IMG/VR virus record: IMGVR_UViG_3300020471_000006 | Coordinates: 138,520 to 202,519 of that record | Reading direction: 5' to 3' (one strand) | Origin: a virus | Lineage: Duplodnaviria > Caudoviricetes | Length of the DNA: 64,000 bases | Shown: positions 38,084 to 47,994 of the stretch, piece after piece | How the letters are laid out: each line of letters starts with the position of its first letter | Position numbering within the stretch: the first letter of the stretch is position 1 | Program-made: the position numbers and the translations under genes | The notes under the pieces: model-generated | What the model saw: the letters and a program-made list of their open reading frames with translations, nothing else | Database searches by the model: none | Told to the model about the DNA's origin: nothing

Positions 38084-38493
38084 CAGAACCATATGATTTT
38101 AATACTGGCATTCATAATAATGTACAGATTACCATTGACTTGAATGAATTAGTAGCTGCAAGAGGAGAGGTTCTATTTAAGGATGATGATGTATCAATGT
38201 CTCATAATCAGATTGGTTACATAGCAGAGAGATTGAGAACTGAATTAACTTGGGATGCACTCTACTCAATGGTTGATGCTTCTATTCTTCAGTTCTATGA
38301 TTGTCATGAGCATCCAGAAATCTGGACAGACAAACATTACGGTGAGATTCAACCTGAACCTGGACGTGAAGCAGAACTAACTAAAAGGGAAGCAGAAGCA
38401 AAGAAAAGAAAACAGTATTTTGAAAAGAATTTTGATATGGTTGAACTGTCTTGTTCAGCATGGACAATAGAAGTACCTGTACGAAAAAAATGA
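38080..38493 (+). CDS. Hypothetical protein
   Basis: 137 aa ORF with ATGA coupling. Confidence 0.6.
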   Translation: MTEPYDFNTGIHNNVQITIDLNELVAARGEVLFKDDDVSMSHNQIGYIAERLRTELTWDALYSMVDASILQFYDCHEHPEIWTDKHYGEIQPEPGREAELTKREAEAKKRKQYFEKNFDMVELSCSAWTIEVPVRKK

Positions 38494-38666
38494 ATCCAGA
38501 TGATAATCCGTATTGGGGGGAGCCGACTCCCACTGATTTGTGGGATGATATGAAAAAGTTAGATAAACTCTATGCTGAACTTGAATGGGATCATAGAGAT
38601 TACTTAGAGATTGCTATAGAAGGTAATCATATTACAATTAGAAACAAATCAAGAGAGGGCAGATGA
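38490..38666 (+). CDS. Small hypothetical protein
   Basis: MNPDDNPYWGEPTPTDLW...; ATGA coupling. Confidence 0.55.
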   Translation: MNPDDNPYWGEPTPTDLWDDMKKLDKLYAELEWDHRDYLEIAIEGNHITIRNKSREGR

Positions 38667-38766
38667 TTCTAGAAATACAGCTTGCTATAGTTAAACGAAT
38701 GCGAGAGTTATATCCTCAGACTAGAGCAGCATATTATATTAATACGAGACGTTGTGATATTATCTT

Positions 38767-39807
38767 ATGAAGATAGCAGTTATAACAGACCAGCATCTAG
38801 ATGGTCGCAAGGGATCACAAGTGTTTTGGAATTACTTTAACAAATTTTATGATGAAATATTTTTCCCAACACTTGAGAAGCACGGTATCAATACCATCCT
38901 TGATCTGGGTGACACATTTGATAATCGAAAGTCTATGGATTATAGTACTTTTGCAAGGATTAAAACTGACTATTTCGACAGACTTGAAAAGTATGATGTA
39001 CACATGATTCTAGGGAACCATTGTACCTATTATAAAAATACCAATAGGATCAATTCCCCAGAACTATTATTGCAAGAGTATAATAATATAACTATCTACT
39101 CTGAACCAACCAAACTTACATTAGGTGGTAAGGAGTTTCTTTTATTGCCATGGATTAATTCAGGCAATCGTGCTGAAGCAGTTGAAGCGATACAGAAATC
39201 AGATGCCCCTATCTGTGCTGGTCATTTAGAGATAGACGGCTTCGAAGTAATGAGAGGTCACAGATTCAACGGTGGTTTCAAATCTACAGACTTTAAAAAG
39301 TTTGATCGTGTATGGTCAGGACACTTCCATCATAAGTCTAAGCATGGTAACATCCAATACTTAGGTAACCCATACCAGATGTTCTGGAATGATTATGCAG
39401 ACACTAGAGGGTTCCACATATATGATACGGATTCAGACAGACTAACATACATCAAGAATCCTTTTGATATCTTTACTAAGATATACTACAATGATGTTGA
39501 GCATGATTATAGTGATTATGCCACCAGCAATCACAAGGATACTTTTGTTAAGGTTGTGGTAGAGGAGAAGCATAAGATAAACGATTTTGAAAATTTGATT
39601 GACGGATTGTATCACAACGGTGCTCATGATGTAAAAATTATTGAGAAGCTGGTTGACACAACCATAGATGATGATGTAGAATTGAATGTGAAAGATACGC
39701 TAACCCTTTTAGGTGAGTACATAGACGAGGTAGATCTACAAGTCGATAAATCCGACCTGAAGAGCCTAATGCAATCCCTATACATAGAAGCGTGTGAAGT
39801 CTCATAA
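38767..39807 (+). CDS. gp47: Recombination endonuclease gp47 (Mre11/SbcD-like)
   Basis: ITDQH, LGDTFD, LGNH, GHLE, SGHFH, YLGNPY. Confidence 0.94.
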   Translation: MKIAVITDQHLDGRKGSQVFWNYFNKFYDEIFFPTLEKHGINTILDLGDTFDNRKSMDYSTFARIKTDYFDRLEKYDVHMILGNHCTYYKNTNRINSPELLLQEYNNITIYSEPTKLTLGGKEFLLLPWINSGNRAEAVEAIQKSDAPICAGHLEIDGFEVMRGHRFNGGFKSTDFKKFDRVWSGHFHHKSKHGNIQYLGNPYQMFWNDYADTRGFHIYDTDSDRLTYIKNPFDIFTKIYYNDVEHDYSDYATSNHKDTFVKVVVEEKHKINDFENLIDGLYHNGAHDVKIIEKLVDTTIDDDVELNVKDTLTLLGEYIDEVDLQVDKSDLKSLMQSLYIEACEVS

Positions 39808-39812
39808 ATTCT

Positions 39813-40118
39813 ATGTTCGTCATCACGATAAAAGATCACCCACAGGGTGTATACTCTGTGTTAGATGCTGATGACGACCGCATCATTCCAATCTTTGTGA
39901 ATAAAAATGATGCTACTAGGTATGTTAATCTAATTGAAATTACTGGCGACAATCCTCCTCTAGAGGTTGTTGATGTCGTCTTAGAACAGATGATGCAAGC
40001 TTGTTCTATGTCTGGTCAACGGTTTAGTATTATTACAGAAGACGACTTTATAGTTCCACCCGATAGTTATGATTCACTTTCGCAAGATACGCTGGAAGAA
40101 CCTCCTGAGCACAGGTAA
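39813..40118 (+). CDS. Hypothetical protein (DUF3110-like)
   Basis: GVYSV...IPIF....DA.RY pattern; sits between gp47 and gp46. Confidence 0.55.
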   Translation: MFVITIKDHPQGVYSVLDADDDRIIPIFVNKNDATRYVNLIEITGDNPPLEVVDVVLEQMMQACSMSGQRFSIITEDDFIVPPDSYDSLSQDTLEEPPEHR

Positions 40119-41814
40119 TACATTCAGCGAGATTGATCTGTCTGCGACTAGAAATACTTTGATTGTTGGAGCTAATGGTTCTGGTAAATCAACTATATTA
40201 GATGCTCTTACATTCTCTCTGTTTGGAAAACCATTCAGAAAGATTAGTAAGAGTATGTTAGTTAATAGTGTCAATGAGAAGGACACTATAGTAGAGATAG
40301 AGTTTACTATTGGTAAGAAGAACTATCATATCATTCGTGGTATCAAACCTAACAAGTTTGAGATTCATTGTAATGGTAAGATGCTGGATCAGAATGCTAA
40401 GGCAGTAGATCAACAGAAGAATTTAGAACAGAATATCTTGAAGATGAACTTCAAGTCATTCACACAGATTGTGGTGTTAGGATCTAGTACCTTTGTTCCT
40501 TTCATGCGTTTACCTAGCGTACAACGTAGAGAGATCATTGAAGATATACTAGACATTCAAGTGTTCTCTATTATGAATACTAGATTGAAGGATAGAGTAA
40601 AGGATAATAGTAATGAACTAAAGGATTTAGATTATCAGTTGCATCTTCTTACAGAAAAGATCGAACTACAGAAAAAATATATGTTCGAATTAGAAAAGAA
40701 GAACCAAGAAGAGATTGATAGAAAGAGAGCAAGGATCACAGAAGCAGAGCAGGAAGAATTAGAAACCAATGGATCTATTCAACGTCTAGTAGATAACGTG
40801 CAAGATTTGCAGCAAGAGATGGAAGAATATGCAAAGTCTGTTGACAAGCTAGAGAAACTTAATACAATTTTAATAAAATTAAATCAGAAATTGAATACAC
40901 TTAAGAAGGAGCATGAGTTCTTTGAGAAGAATCATGTGTGTCCTACTTGTACTCAGGTTTTAACTGAAGAGTTTAGAGGTGAAAAGTTAGAGAATGGTCA
41001 GGCTAAACTAGATGAAATGTATGGTGGGTATGAAGAATTAACTACAACTATTGATGCAGAAAAGAAAAGACATGATAAGTTTGTTGAGTTATCCACTAAG
41101 GTGACAGAAGCAAACGCAGAGATTGCAACATCAAATTATCGTTTGGTAACTATACGCAAGACCATTAAAGAAATTCATGATGAGGTTATGGAATTGGAAG
41201 GTTCCAATCCAGATAAGAAAGCAGAGTTTGTTAAGTTAGAGAAGTTAGTAACAGAGAAGAAAGAGATACAGCAGACAACTATTGATTCTAAGAAGGATCG
41301 TGATGTTCTATCTGCTGCCATTGCTTTGTTGAAGGACAGTGGTATTAAGACTAGGATCATCAAGACTTATCTTCCTACGATGAACAAGTTAATCAATGAG
41401 TATCTTCAAAGGATGGATTTTTATGTTAATTTTACCCTTGATGAGAACTTTGATGAGACAATCAAGTCTAGATATAGAGATGTCTTTACGTATGAGTCAT
41501 TCTCAGAGGGTGAGAAAGCACGTATTGATATCAGCCTATTGCTAACTTGGCGATCTGTTGCTAAGCTTAAGAATAGTGTAGATACAAACCTTTTAATTTT
41601 AGATGAAATCTTTGACAGCTCGCTTGACCAATCTGGTGCTTCTGATCTTGGTTGGATCTTACGTAATTTCGACGATAGTACTAATGTTTTCGTAATTAGT
41701 CATAAAGATCTATTGAATGATAAGTTTGATAGAACTATCAATGTGACCAAAGAAAAGAATTATTCGACAGTACAGGAGACAGTTCACGAAGTGTCACATG
41801 CACTGGTTGGCTAG
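40069..41814 (+). CDS. gp46: Recombination ATPase gp46 (Rad50/SbcC-like)
   Basis: GANGSGKST, CPTC hook, FSEGEKARID, ILDEIFD. Confidence 0.96.
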   Translation: MIHFRKIRWKNLLSTGNTFSEIDLSATRNTLIVGANGSGKSTILDALTFSLFGKPFRKISKSMLVNSVNEKDTIVEIEFTIGKKNYHIIRGIKPNKFEIHCNGKMLDQNAKAVDQQKNLEQNILKMNFKSFTQIVVLGSSTFVPFMRLPSVQRREIIEDILDIQVFSIMNTRLKDRVKDNSNELKDLDYQLHLLTEKIELQKKYMFELEKKNQEEIDRKRARITEAEQEELETNGSIQRLVDNVQDLQQEMEEYAKSVDKLEKLNTILIKLNQKLNTLKKEHEFFEKNHVCPTCTQVLTEEFRGEKLENGQAKLDEMYGGYEELTTTIDAEKKRHDKFVELSTKVTEANAEIATSNYRLVTIRKTIKEIHDEVMELEGSNPDKKAEFVKLEKLVTEKKEIQQTTIDSKKDRDVLSAAIALLKDSGIKTRIIKTYLPTMNKLINEYLQRMDFYVNFTLDENFDETIKSRYRDVFTYESFSEGEKARIDISLLLTWRSVAKLKNSVDTNLLILDEIFDSSLDQSGASDLGWILRNFDDSTNVFVISHKDLLNDKFDRTINVTKEKNYSTVQETVHEVSHALVG

Positions 41815-41834
41815 TATAATTTTTTGTGTATACT
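41780..41834 (+). promoter_or_regulatory. Phage early-type promoter, copy 1
   Basis: CAGTT-N6-GTGTCACA, then TATACT 30 nt downstream. Confidence 0.6.
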
Positions 41835-41856
41835 AGGTATATCAAACAAAAGACCA

Positions 41857-44103
41857 ATGACATACGAGCATCACTCACACCAAAGACAGGAGATCAAAGG
41901 CAACCTTGCAAGACTCCTAGCAACAGAGAACCTTATAGTAGAGCATAGGAAAGATATTCCTACTGCATCATTTGATACTGACCGTAGAGTTCTTCAGTTA
42001 CCACAATGGGATAAAGCAAGTGGTGTTGTGTATGACATGCTTGTAGGTCATGAAGTAGGACATGCTTTGTACACTCCTAATATGGATTACACAGATCATG
42101 TTGAATGTCCAAAGGATTATGTGAATGTCATTGAAGATGTTCGCATTGAGAAATTAATGAAGCGTCAGTATCCTGGTCTTAAGAAGAGTTTTGCTGGCGG
42201 ATACAAAGAATTAAATGATCAAGATTTCTTTCAGATTGAAGGTGAAGATATTTCACAACTTCTATTGATTGATCGTATCAACCTACACTTCAAGGTTGGT
42301 GCTGCTGCTATGATACCTTTTAATCCTGATGAGTATGGTTTTGTTAAACGTGCAGAACTAACTGAAACATTCGAAGAAGTATGTTCTCTAGCAGGTGAAA
42401 TCTATGAGTATGCTAAAGAAGATCAAAAGCAGAAAGCAGAAGCACAAGCAAAATTAGATGAAGAAGGTCTAGAGTTAGAAGATGATTTAGAAGATGGTCA
42501 AGATGCTGGTCAATCAGATTCAACACCACAAAATTCAAAAGAAGGTGAATCAGATGATGGTGAAGAGGATGATCAAGAGTTTGAGACTAGTAGTTCTAAT
42601 GGTGGACAAGGTGGTAGTGGTTCTACAACACCTGGTAATTCAGGTGGCGAAGAAGGTGCAGAGCATTCTCATACACAGAATGCATTTGATAGTGCTTCTA
42701 CTCAACTCTCTAGTAATAATGGTTATAACATTAAGTACTATGAGATTCCAGAAAAGGTAAATCTAGATAAGTTTATTGTTGACTGGAAAGAAGTACATGA
42801 GTGGATTGATTCTAGATTTGCTGAAACACCAGAACCAAGATCTTCTATAGGTGCTGATGGTGAAGTATACTGGAAGCAGATAGGATTAGCAGATGCTGAT
42901 TCTGAGTATAAGTCTCATAGAAAAGAAGCACAGAAAGAAGTTAACTATCTTGTTAAAGAATTTGAGTGCCGTAAATCTGCTGATGCATATGCTCGTGCTA
43001 CTACTGCCAAGACTGGTATACTTGATTGCACTAAACTTCACACATACAAGTACAATGAAGACCTATTCAAGAAAGTAACTGTTGTTCCTGATGGTAAGAA
43101 TCATGGATTGATCTTCTTACTAGACTGGTCTGGTTCAATGTCTGAACAGTTACATGCAACATACAAACAGGTTCTTAACCTTACTGCATTCTGTAAGAAA
43201 GTTCAGATTCCATTTGAAGTTTATGCTTTCACAAATGAGTGGAGAGTTGTTAACTACATTAAGGATAACCAAACTGATCGTGGACACTATTATTACTATA
43301 GAGAACCAGAAAACTTAGTTACTGGTCAGTTCCATCTTGAAGAAGGTAACTTCCATATGATGAATATTCTTTCATCACGTAGTAACTCACGTGAGTATGA
43401 GAGACAGTGCAAGAACATTTGGAGAATAACATATGCTTACGATAATCATCGTACTGGCAGTTATCAAATTCCAGAGGGTATGAATCTATCTGGTACTCCA
43501 TTGAATGAAGCAATTGTTATGCTCAACTATATCATTCCTGAGTTCAAAGCAAAGAATGATTTACAGAAAGTAAATGCTGTTATTCTTACTGATGGTGAAG
43601 CATGCTGCTCTGCTTATGGTAGACTATCAGACAATGAAAGAACTGGTGAGGAAAGAACCTATGCGAGTAAAATAGGTTATGGTAATGCATTGCGTGATCG
43701 TAAGACAGGCATCATATACAGACCACTAACCAATTCATACACTCAAGTAACTAACCAGTTACTACAACAAGTTCAAGATAGAAATGCTGGTGTTAATGTT
43801 CTAGGATTTAGAATCATGAGTGGCAACAGACTTCAAGAGTTTGTTTGTAGGTACTCTAAACTTGGATCAAACTATAGTGAGATTCAAGCACAGTGGAGAA
43901 AGAACAAGTCTTGCATCATCCCAAACCCACTTGGATACACTGCTCTCTATGCTATACAGCAAACCGCACTTGACAACACCACTGACTTTGATATAGAATC
44001 TGGATCAAAGAAAGCAGACATTTCCAGAGCATTCAAAAAAATGTTAAAGTCTAAGTCAACTAACAAGAAGTTGTTGAATTCTTTTATAGGGTACGTTGCT
44101 TGA
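41857..44103 (+). CDS. Metallopeptidase-motif + vWA domain protein (CobT-like MoxR partner)
   Basis: HEVGH (HExxH), NVIEDVRIE, acidic linker, LLDWSGSMS MIDAS, ILTDGE. Start moved to ATG 41857, downstream of the -10 box. Confidence 0.8.
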   Translation: MTYEHHSHQRQEIKGNLARLLATENLIVEHRKDIPTASFDTDRRVLQLPQWDKASGVVYDMLVGHEVGHALYTPNMDYTDHVECPKDYVNVIEDVRIEKLMKRQYPGLKKSFAGGYKELNDQDFFQIEGEDISQLLLIDRINLHFKVGAAAMIPFNPDEYGFVKRAELTETFEEVCSLAGEIYEYAKEDQKQKAEAQAKLDEEGLELEDDLEDGQDAGQSDSTPQNSKEGESDDGEEDDQEFETSSSNGGQGGSGSTTPGNSGGEEGAEHSHTQNAFDSASTQLSSNNGYNIKYYEIPEKVNLDKFIVDWKEVHEWIDSRFAETPEPRSSIGADGEVYWKQIGLADADSEYKSHRKEAQKEVNYLVKEFECRKSADAYARATTAKTGILDCTKLHTYKYNEDLFKKVTVVPDGKNHGLIFLLDWSGSMSEQLHATYKQVLNLTAFCKKVQIPFEVYAFTNEWRVVNYIKDNQTDRGHYYYYREPENLVTGQFHLEEGNFHMMNILSSRSNSREYERQCKNIWRITYAYDNHRTGSYQIPEGMNLSGTPLNEAIVMLNYIIPEFKAKNDLQKVNAVILTDGEACCSAYGRLSDNERTGEERTYASKIGYGNALRDRKTGIIYRPLTNSYTQVTNQLLQQVQDRNAGVNVLGFRIMSGNRLQEFVCRYSKLGSNYSEIQAQWRKNKSCIIPNPLGYTALYAIQQTALDNTTDFDIESGSKKADISRAFKKMLKSKSTNKKLLNSFIGYVA

Positions 44104-44128
44104 CAATTACCCTTTTCGGTATTATACT
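44100..44128 (+). promoter_or_regulatory. Sigma70 promoter
   Basis: TTGACA-17nt-TATACT. Confidence 0.8.
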
Positions 44129-44158
44129 GAATCAAAGTAAGCCAAATCTAACAAATCT

Positions 44159-44707
44159 ATGAGAAAACTCAAACAAATCTGTCCAGAATACAATCAATAC
44201 GCAAATTTCCACAACGATAAGATCTTCACCATGGCGTTAAAACGTCAGATCCAGGAAAACCCAAATGGAACTCAGTTGAAGTTCTTGAAGAAAGCTGCGA
44301 AGGCATATTTTAGGGATAATCCTAAGTACAAGAAGGTGTACGATGAGATGACAGAAAAGGATTGGGGTGATGTTGCAAAACGTTTGAGTTCCATATTCCA
44401 AAAAACCAAGAACGTTAACCCTGCTTTATACAAATTCAGACAGTATGCTCCAAAATTATTTGGACAGAGTAAGCAGGTCTCTCAGGTAAGTGTAAACTTT
44501 GGTGATAAGTTTGAACTATATGAGGATACTCCTCTTCCAGTAGAGGATACTGAAATTCCTGATCAACAGGAACTTGATTTTGAGGTGGTTAAGGAAAAAC
44601 TTCCTAAGAATTTAGATGCCACCTTCTTTTTGGATAGGTACTTTGACAAATCTTCTAGTGTGAGAATGACACTACCAGATAGCACAATGATCCAGTTCAA
44701 TAAGTGA
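44159..44707 (+). CDS. Hypothetical protein
   Basis: 182 aa ORF with its own promoter. Confidence 0.65.
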   Translation: MRKLKQICPEYNQYANFHNDKIFTMALKRQIQENPNGTQLKFLKKAAKAYFRDNPKYKKVYDEMTEKDWGDVAKRLSSIFQKTKNVNPALYKFRQYAPKLFGQSKQVSQVSVNFGDKFELYEDTPLPVEDTEIPDQQELDFEVVKEKLPKNLDATFFLDRYFDKSSSVRMTLPDSTMIQFNK

Positions 44708-44746
44708 CACACACCCCCTTCACAGGGGGTTTTTTCTTGCTATACT
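44693..44746 (+). promoter_or_regulatory. Phage early-type promoter, copy 2
   Basis: CAGTT-N6-GTGACACA, then TGCTATACT. Confidence 0.6.
44713..44736 (+). terminator. Terminator embedded in the promoter spacer
   Basis: ACCCCCT-tcac-AGGGGGT followed by TTTTT. Confidence 0.7.
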
Positions 44747-44771
44747 AAGTACATAACAAACAAAAAGCAAA

Positions 44772-45854
44772 ATGCCAGCACCAAATCCTCTTACAACTAC
44801 ACAGTTAGTTGGTTACTTATCAGAAAAATATGGTACACAGATCAATGCAGATCATGTACGTGAAGCAGCATCACATTTTGGGATTGGGTATGCTACAACG
44901 ACCAAACGTTTACGTCAGTTCTATGTACAACGTGGTACATGGAATATCGAGAAGGTTAAGAAGCAACTTGAAAGGCAAATCACTTCTCCTTCTGTAATAC
45001 CAGAAATTCAGCAGAACCTAAAACCAGTTAAGGATCCAAACTTTGTTCCTTTTGGAAACTTCTCAGATGTTAAGAAAATTATAGCATCTAAACTATTCTA
45101 TCCTACCTTCATCACTGGACTCTCAGGAAATGGTAAGACACTTAGTGTAGAGCAAGCATGTGCTCAACTAAATAGGGAACTCATTCGTGTAAACATCACT
45201 ATTGAAACAGACGAAGATGATCTCATCGGTGGATTCAGACTTGTTAATGGTGAAACTGCATGGCATAATGGTCCTGTGGTAGAAGCACTAGAGAGAGGTG
45301 CAGTTCTTCTTCTTGATGAAGTTGACCTTGCATCAAATAAGATTTTATGCTTACAATCTATCCTAGAAGGCAAGGGTGTATTCCTTAAAAAGATTGGTAA
45401 GTATGTTGAAAGGAAACCAGGCTTTAATGTTATTGCAACAGCAAACACAAAGGGTAAGGGATCTGAAGATGGTAGATTCATTGGTACTAATGTATTGAAC
45501 GAAGCATTCCTTGAGAGATTTGCTTTGACATTCGAGCAAGAGTATCCTTCAGTTAAGACTGAGCAGAGAATCCTTGAGAAAGTATCTGGTAACTTAGGTG
45601 TGCTTGACGAAGAGTTCTGTGAGAACCTTGCTAACTGGTCTGACATCATTCGTAGAACATTCAAGGATGGTGGTATCGATGAAGTTATCTCAACTCGTAG
45701 ACTCGTACACATCATTCGTGCCTTTGCTATCTGGCAAGATCGTTTAAAAGCAATCAAGTTATGTGTAAACAGATTTGATGATGAGACTAAGCAGTCATTC
45801 TTAGATTTGTATGATAAGATTGACGTTAACGTAGGAGAAGAATCCGATGATTAA
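44772..45854 (+). CDS. MoxR/CobS-like AAA+ ATPase
   Basis: GLSGNGKT, DEDDLIGG, LLLDEVD, ATANTKGKG, NEAFLERF, ISTRRL. Confidence 0.9.
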   Translation: MPAPNPLTTTQLVGYLSEKYGTQINADHVREAASHFGIGYATTTKRLRQFYVQRGTWNIEKVKKQLERQITSPSVIPEIQQNLKPVKDPNFVPFGNFSDVKKIIASKLFYPTFITGLSGNGKTLSVEQACAQLNRELIRVNITIETDEDDLIGGFRLVNGETAWHNGPVVEALERGAVLLLDEVDLASNKILCLQSILEGKGVFLKKIGKYVERKPGFNVIATANTKGKGSEDGRFIGTNVLNEAFLERFALTFEQEYPSVKTEQRILEKVSGNLGVLDEEFCENLANWSDIIRRTFKDGGIDEVISTRRLVHIIRAFAIWQDRLKAIKLCVNRFDDETKQSFLDLYDKIDVNVGEESDD

Positions 45855-46014
45855 ATCAGGCGATTGTAGATTCGTAGGCAGTGTCATCTCCCTTAAGGGA
45901 GGTGCTTCTGCTAGGGTGCTCAGTGTACGTGAAGATAAAATTTCAATATTAAATCTTGACGGTTCGCAAAAAGAGTGCTATTATGAAGAGATCAAATATG
46001 TATGGACACCTTGA
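45847..46014 (+). CDS. Small hypothetical protein (55 aa)
   Basis: Hand translation MIKSGDCRFVGSVISLKGGASARVLSVREDKISILNLDGSQKECYYEEIKYVWTP. Confidence 0.5.
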   Translation: MIKSGDCRFVGSVISLKGGASARVLSVREDKISILNLDGSQKECYYEEIKYVWTP

Positions 46015-46319
46015 AGTATAACGAAGACCAACTCATCAAAGAGATTCATGACTACATTAGTCAAACCTACAGAGGACACTACTCTGCTGGTAATGTACAA
46101 ACACTTGACCTCATTGATTCTGTAGGAGATGCAGAGGCATTCTGTAGAAGCAATGTTCTGAAGTATGCTTCACGTTATGACCGTAAAGGATCAGCACGTA
46201 AAGATATTATTAAAATTATTCACTATGGAATTCTCCTTCTACACTTCAATGACAAACGAGCAGCAGCAGACGCTGCATCCACTAGTTCCACCGCCTTCAC
46301 CGTTGACTATGACAAATAA
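46002..46319 (+). CDS. DUF3310-like protein
   Basis: HYS, AFCRSNVLKYASRY..KG...KD..K..HY. Confidence 0.7.
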   Translation: MDTLKYNEDQLIKEIHDYISQTYRGHYSAGNVQTLDLIDSVGDAEAFCRSNVLKYASRYDRKGSARKDIIKIIHYGILLLHFNDKRAAADAASTSSTAFTVDYDK

Positions 46320-46983
46320 AGTAAACCTAACTGGTGACACAGTAAACATTCTAAGGAACTACTGTCACATTAATTCATCTATCGTTTTTAGAAAAGGAAA
46401 TGTTATCAGAACGATCAGTAACGCAGAGAACATCCTCGCTAAGTACACCAGCGATGAAAGCTTTCCGACTGACTTCGCTATATATGATCTTCCACAGTTT
46501 CTTTCTGGTCTCGCTCTGTTTGATAATCCTGAACTGGACTTCTCCTCTGAGAATTATGTTCGGATTAACAGCGGCCGTCAGTCTGTTAAGTACTATTATA
46601 GTGACCCTGAGATTACGCTCAAGTCTGCACCAGAGAAGAATGTAAAGTTTCCTGGTGGTGACATTACATTTGAATTGAATGCTGAGGATCTCAAAAAGTT
46701 GTATAAAGCAGCAGCAGTATATCACTTGCCAGATCTAAACATCACTACAACTGGTGGGAAGATTGAACTTGTTCTTCATGACAATGATAATGATACCAGC
46801 AACACATTTAAAATTGGTGTGCAAGGTACTTATACAAATCAAGATCTAGATCTTGATATTAAGATGGAGAATGTTAGGGTGATGGAGAGAGATTATAACG
46901 TTAAGGTATCATCTCAGTTGATTTCTGAATGGACTTCTTCTGACGACAAATTAACTTATTACATTGCGTTGGAGCCCAAGTAG
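46309..46983 (+). CDS. gp45: Sliding clamp gp45
   Basis: ILRNYCHINSSI, FAIYDLPQFL, YYIALEP; start at ATG 46309. Confidence 0.92.
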   Translation: MTNKVNLTGDTVNILRNYCHINSSIVFRKGNVIRTISNAENILAKYTSDESFPTDFAIYDLPQFLSGLALFDNPELDFSSENYVRINSGRQSVKYYYSDPEITLKSAPEKNVKFPGGDITFELNAEDLKKLYKAAAVYHLPDLNITTTGGKIELVLHDNDNDTSNTFKIGVQGTYTNQDLDLDIKMENVRVMERDYNVKVSSQLISEWTSSDDKLTYYIALEPK

Positions 46984-47927
46984 TGTCGAATGATTTTTTA
47001 TGGGTCGAGAAATATCGACCAAAGGTGATTGATGATTGTATACTCCCAGAGACTATCAAGAATGTATTCAAGGGATTCGTCTCTCAAGGCGAATTACCTA
47101 ATCTCCTACTTACTGGATCTGCTGGTGTTGGTAAGACTACCATCGCCAAAGCATTATGTGATGAGATAGGTGCATCCTACATCATGATCAATGGATCTGA
47201 TGAGGGTAGATTTCTTGATACTGTTAGGACTAGAATCAGAACGTTTGCTTCAACTGTCTCACTGACCTCTGGAGCGTCCCACAAGGTCGTTATTATAGAT
47301 GAAGCAGACAACACAACCAACGATGTTCAACTGTCTCTCAGAAGTGCTGTGGAGGAGTTTCACAATAACTGTAGGTTTATATTTACTTGTAATTTTATCA
47401 ACAAGATTATTGAACCTTTACACTCACGGTGTACAGTGGTTGATTTTCGTGTAAAGAATGGACAGTCTGTAGCATTACAGGGTCAGTTCTTTGAACGTCT
47501 TAGAGTTATATTAAAAAAAGAGAATGCTAAATTTGAAGATAAAGTTCTGGCTAAACTTATTAAGCGGTATTATCCTGATTGGCGTAGGCTTATCAATGAG
47601 TGTCAACGCTATTCTGCTAATGGAGCCATTGATGCAGCTATTCTCGTGGATGTTGCTGACGTTAATCTTGATCATCTTCTTTCGGCATTGAAGCAGAAAG
47701 ATTTCAAGACTGTTAAGAATTGGGTCGTTCAACATATGGATAATGATCCTAGCATGGTAATGCGTAAGATTTATGACAATCTTTATGGTGTACTAAAACC
47801 CAATTCAATACCAGAAGCTGTGTTAGTTATCGCAAAGTACATGAGAGATATCTCAAATGTACCAGACCAAGAGATTAATATGTTAGCATGTCTGACTGAA
47901 ATAATGATGACTTGCGAATTCAAATAA
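46983..47927 (+). CDS. gp44: Clamp loader large subunit gp44
   Basis: LWVEKYRP, GSAGVGKTT, IIDEAD, PLHSRC, YYPDWRR. Confidence 0.96.
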   Translation: MSNDFLWVEKYRPKVIDDCILPETIKNVFKGFVSQGELPNLLLTGSAGVGKTTIAKALCDEIGASYIMINGSDEGRFLDTVRTRIRTFASTVSLTSGASHKVVIIDEADNTTNDVQLSLRSAVEEFHNNCRFIFTCNFINKIIEPLHSRCTVVDFRVKNGQSVALQGQFFERLRVILKKENAKFEDKVLAKLIKRYYPDWRRLINECQRYSANGAIDAAILVDVADVNLDHLLSALKQKDFKTVKNWVVQHMDNDPSMVMRKIYDNLYGVLKPNSIPEAVLVIAKYMRDISNVPDQEINMLACLTEIMMTCEFK

Positions 47928-47994
47928 AGTGTGCTAAATTACTTTAGCAAGTGGAGTTTCCCAATGACTGAATTAAAGAGACCAAATCCTTACA

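Noticed and set aside
39813-40118. 50 nt overlap with gp46 as a programmed frameshift
   Set aside because: gp46 has its own ATG and a complete N-terminus; a simple run-on tail is sufficient explanation.
45164-45757. 197 aa minus-strand ORF
   Set aside because: Exactly antisense to the well-supported MoxR ATPase, with low-information sequence.
44772-45854. Functional cobalamin chelatase CobS
   Set aside because: No CobN or other cob genes in the window; the motif set only supports a generic MoxR AAA+ ATPase.
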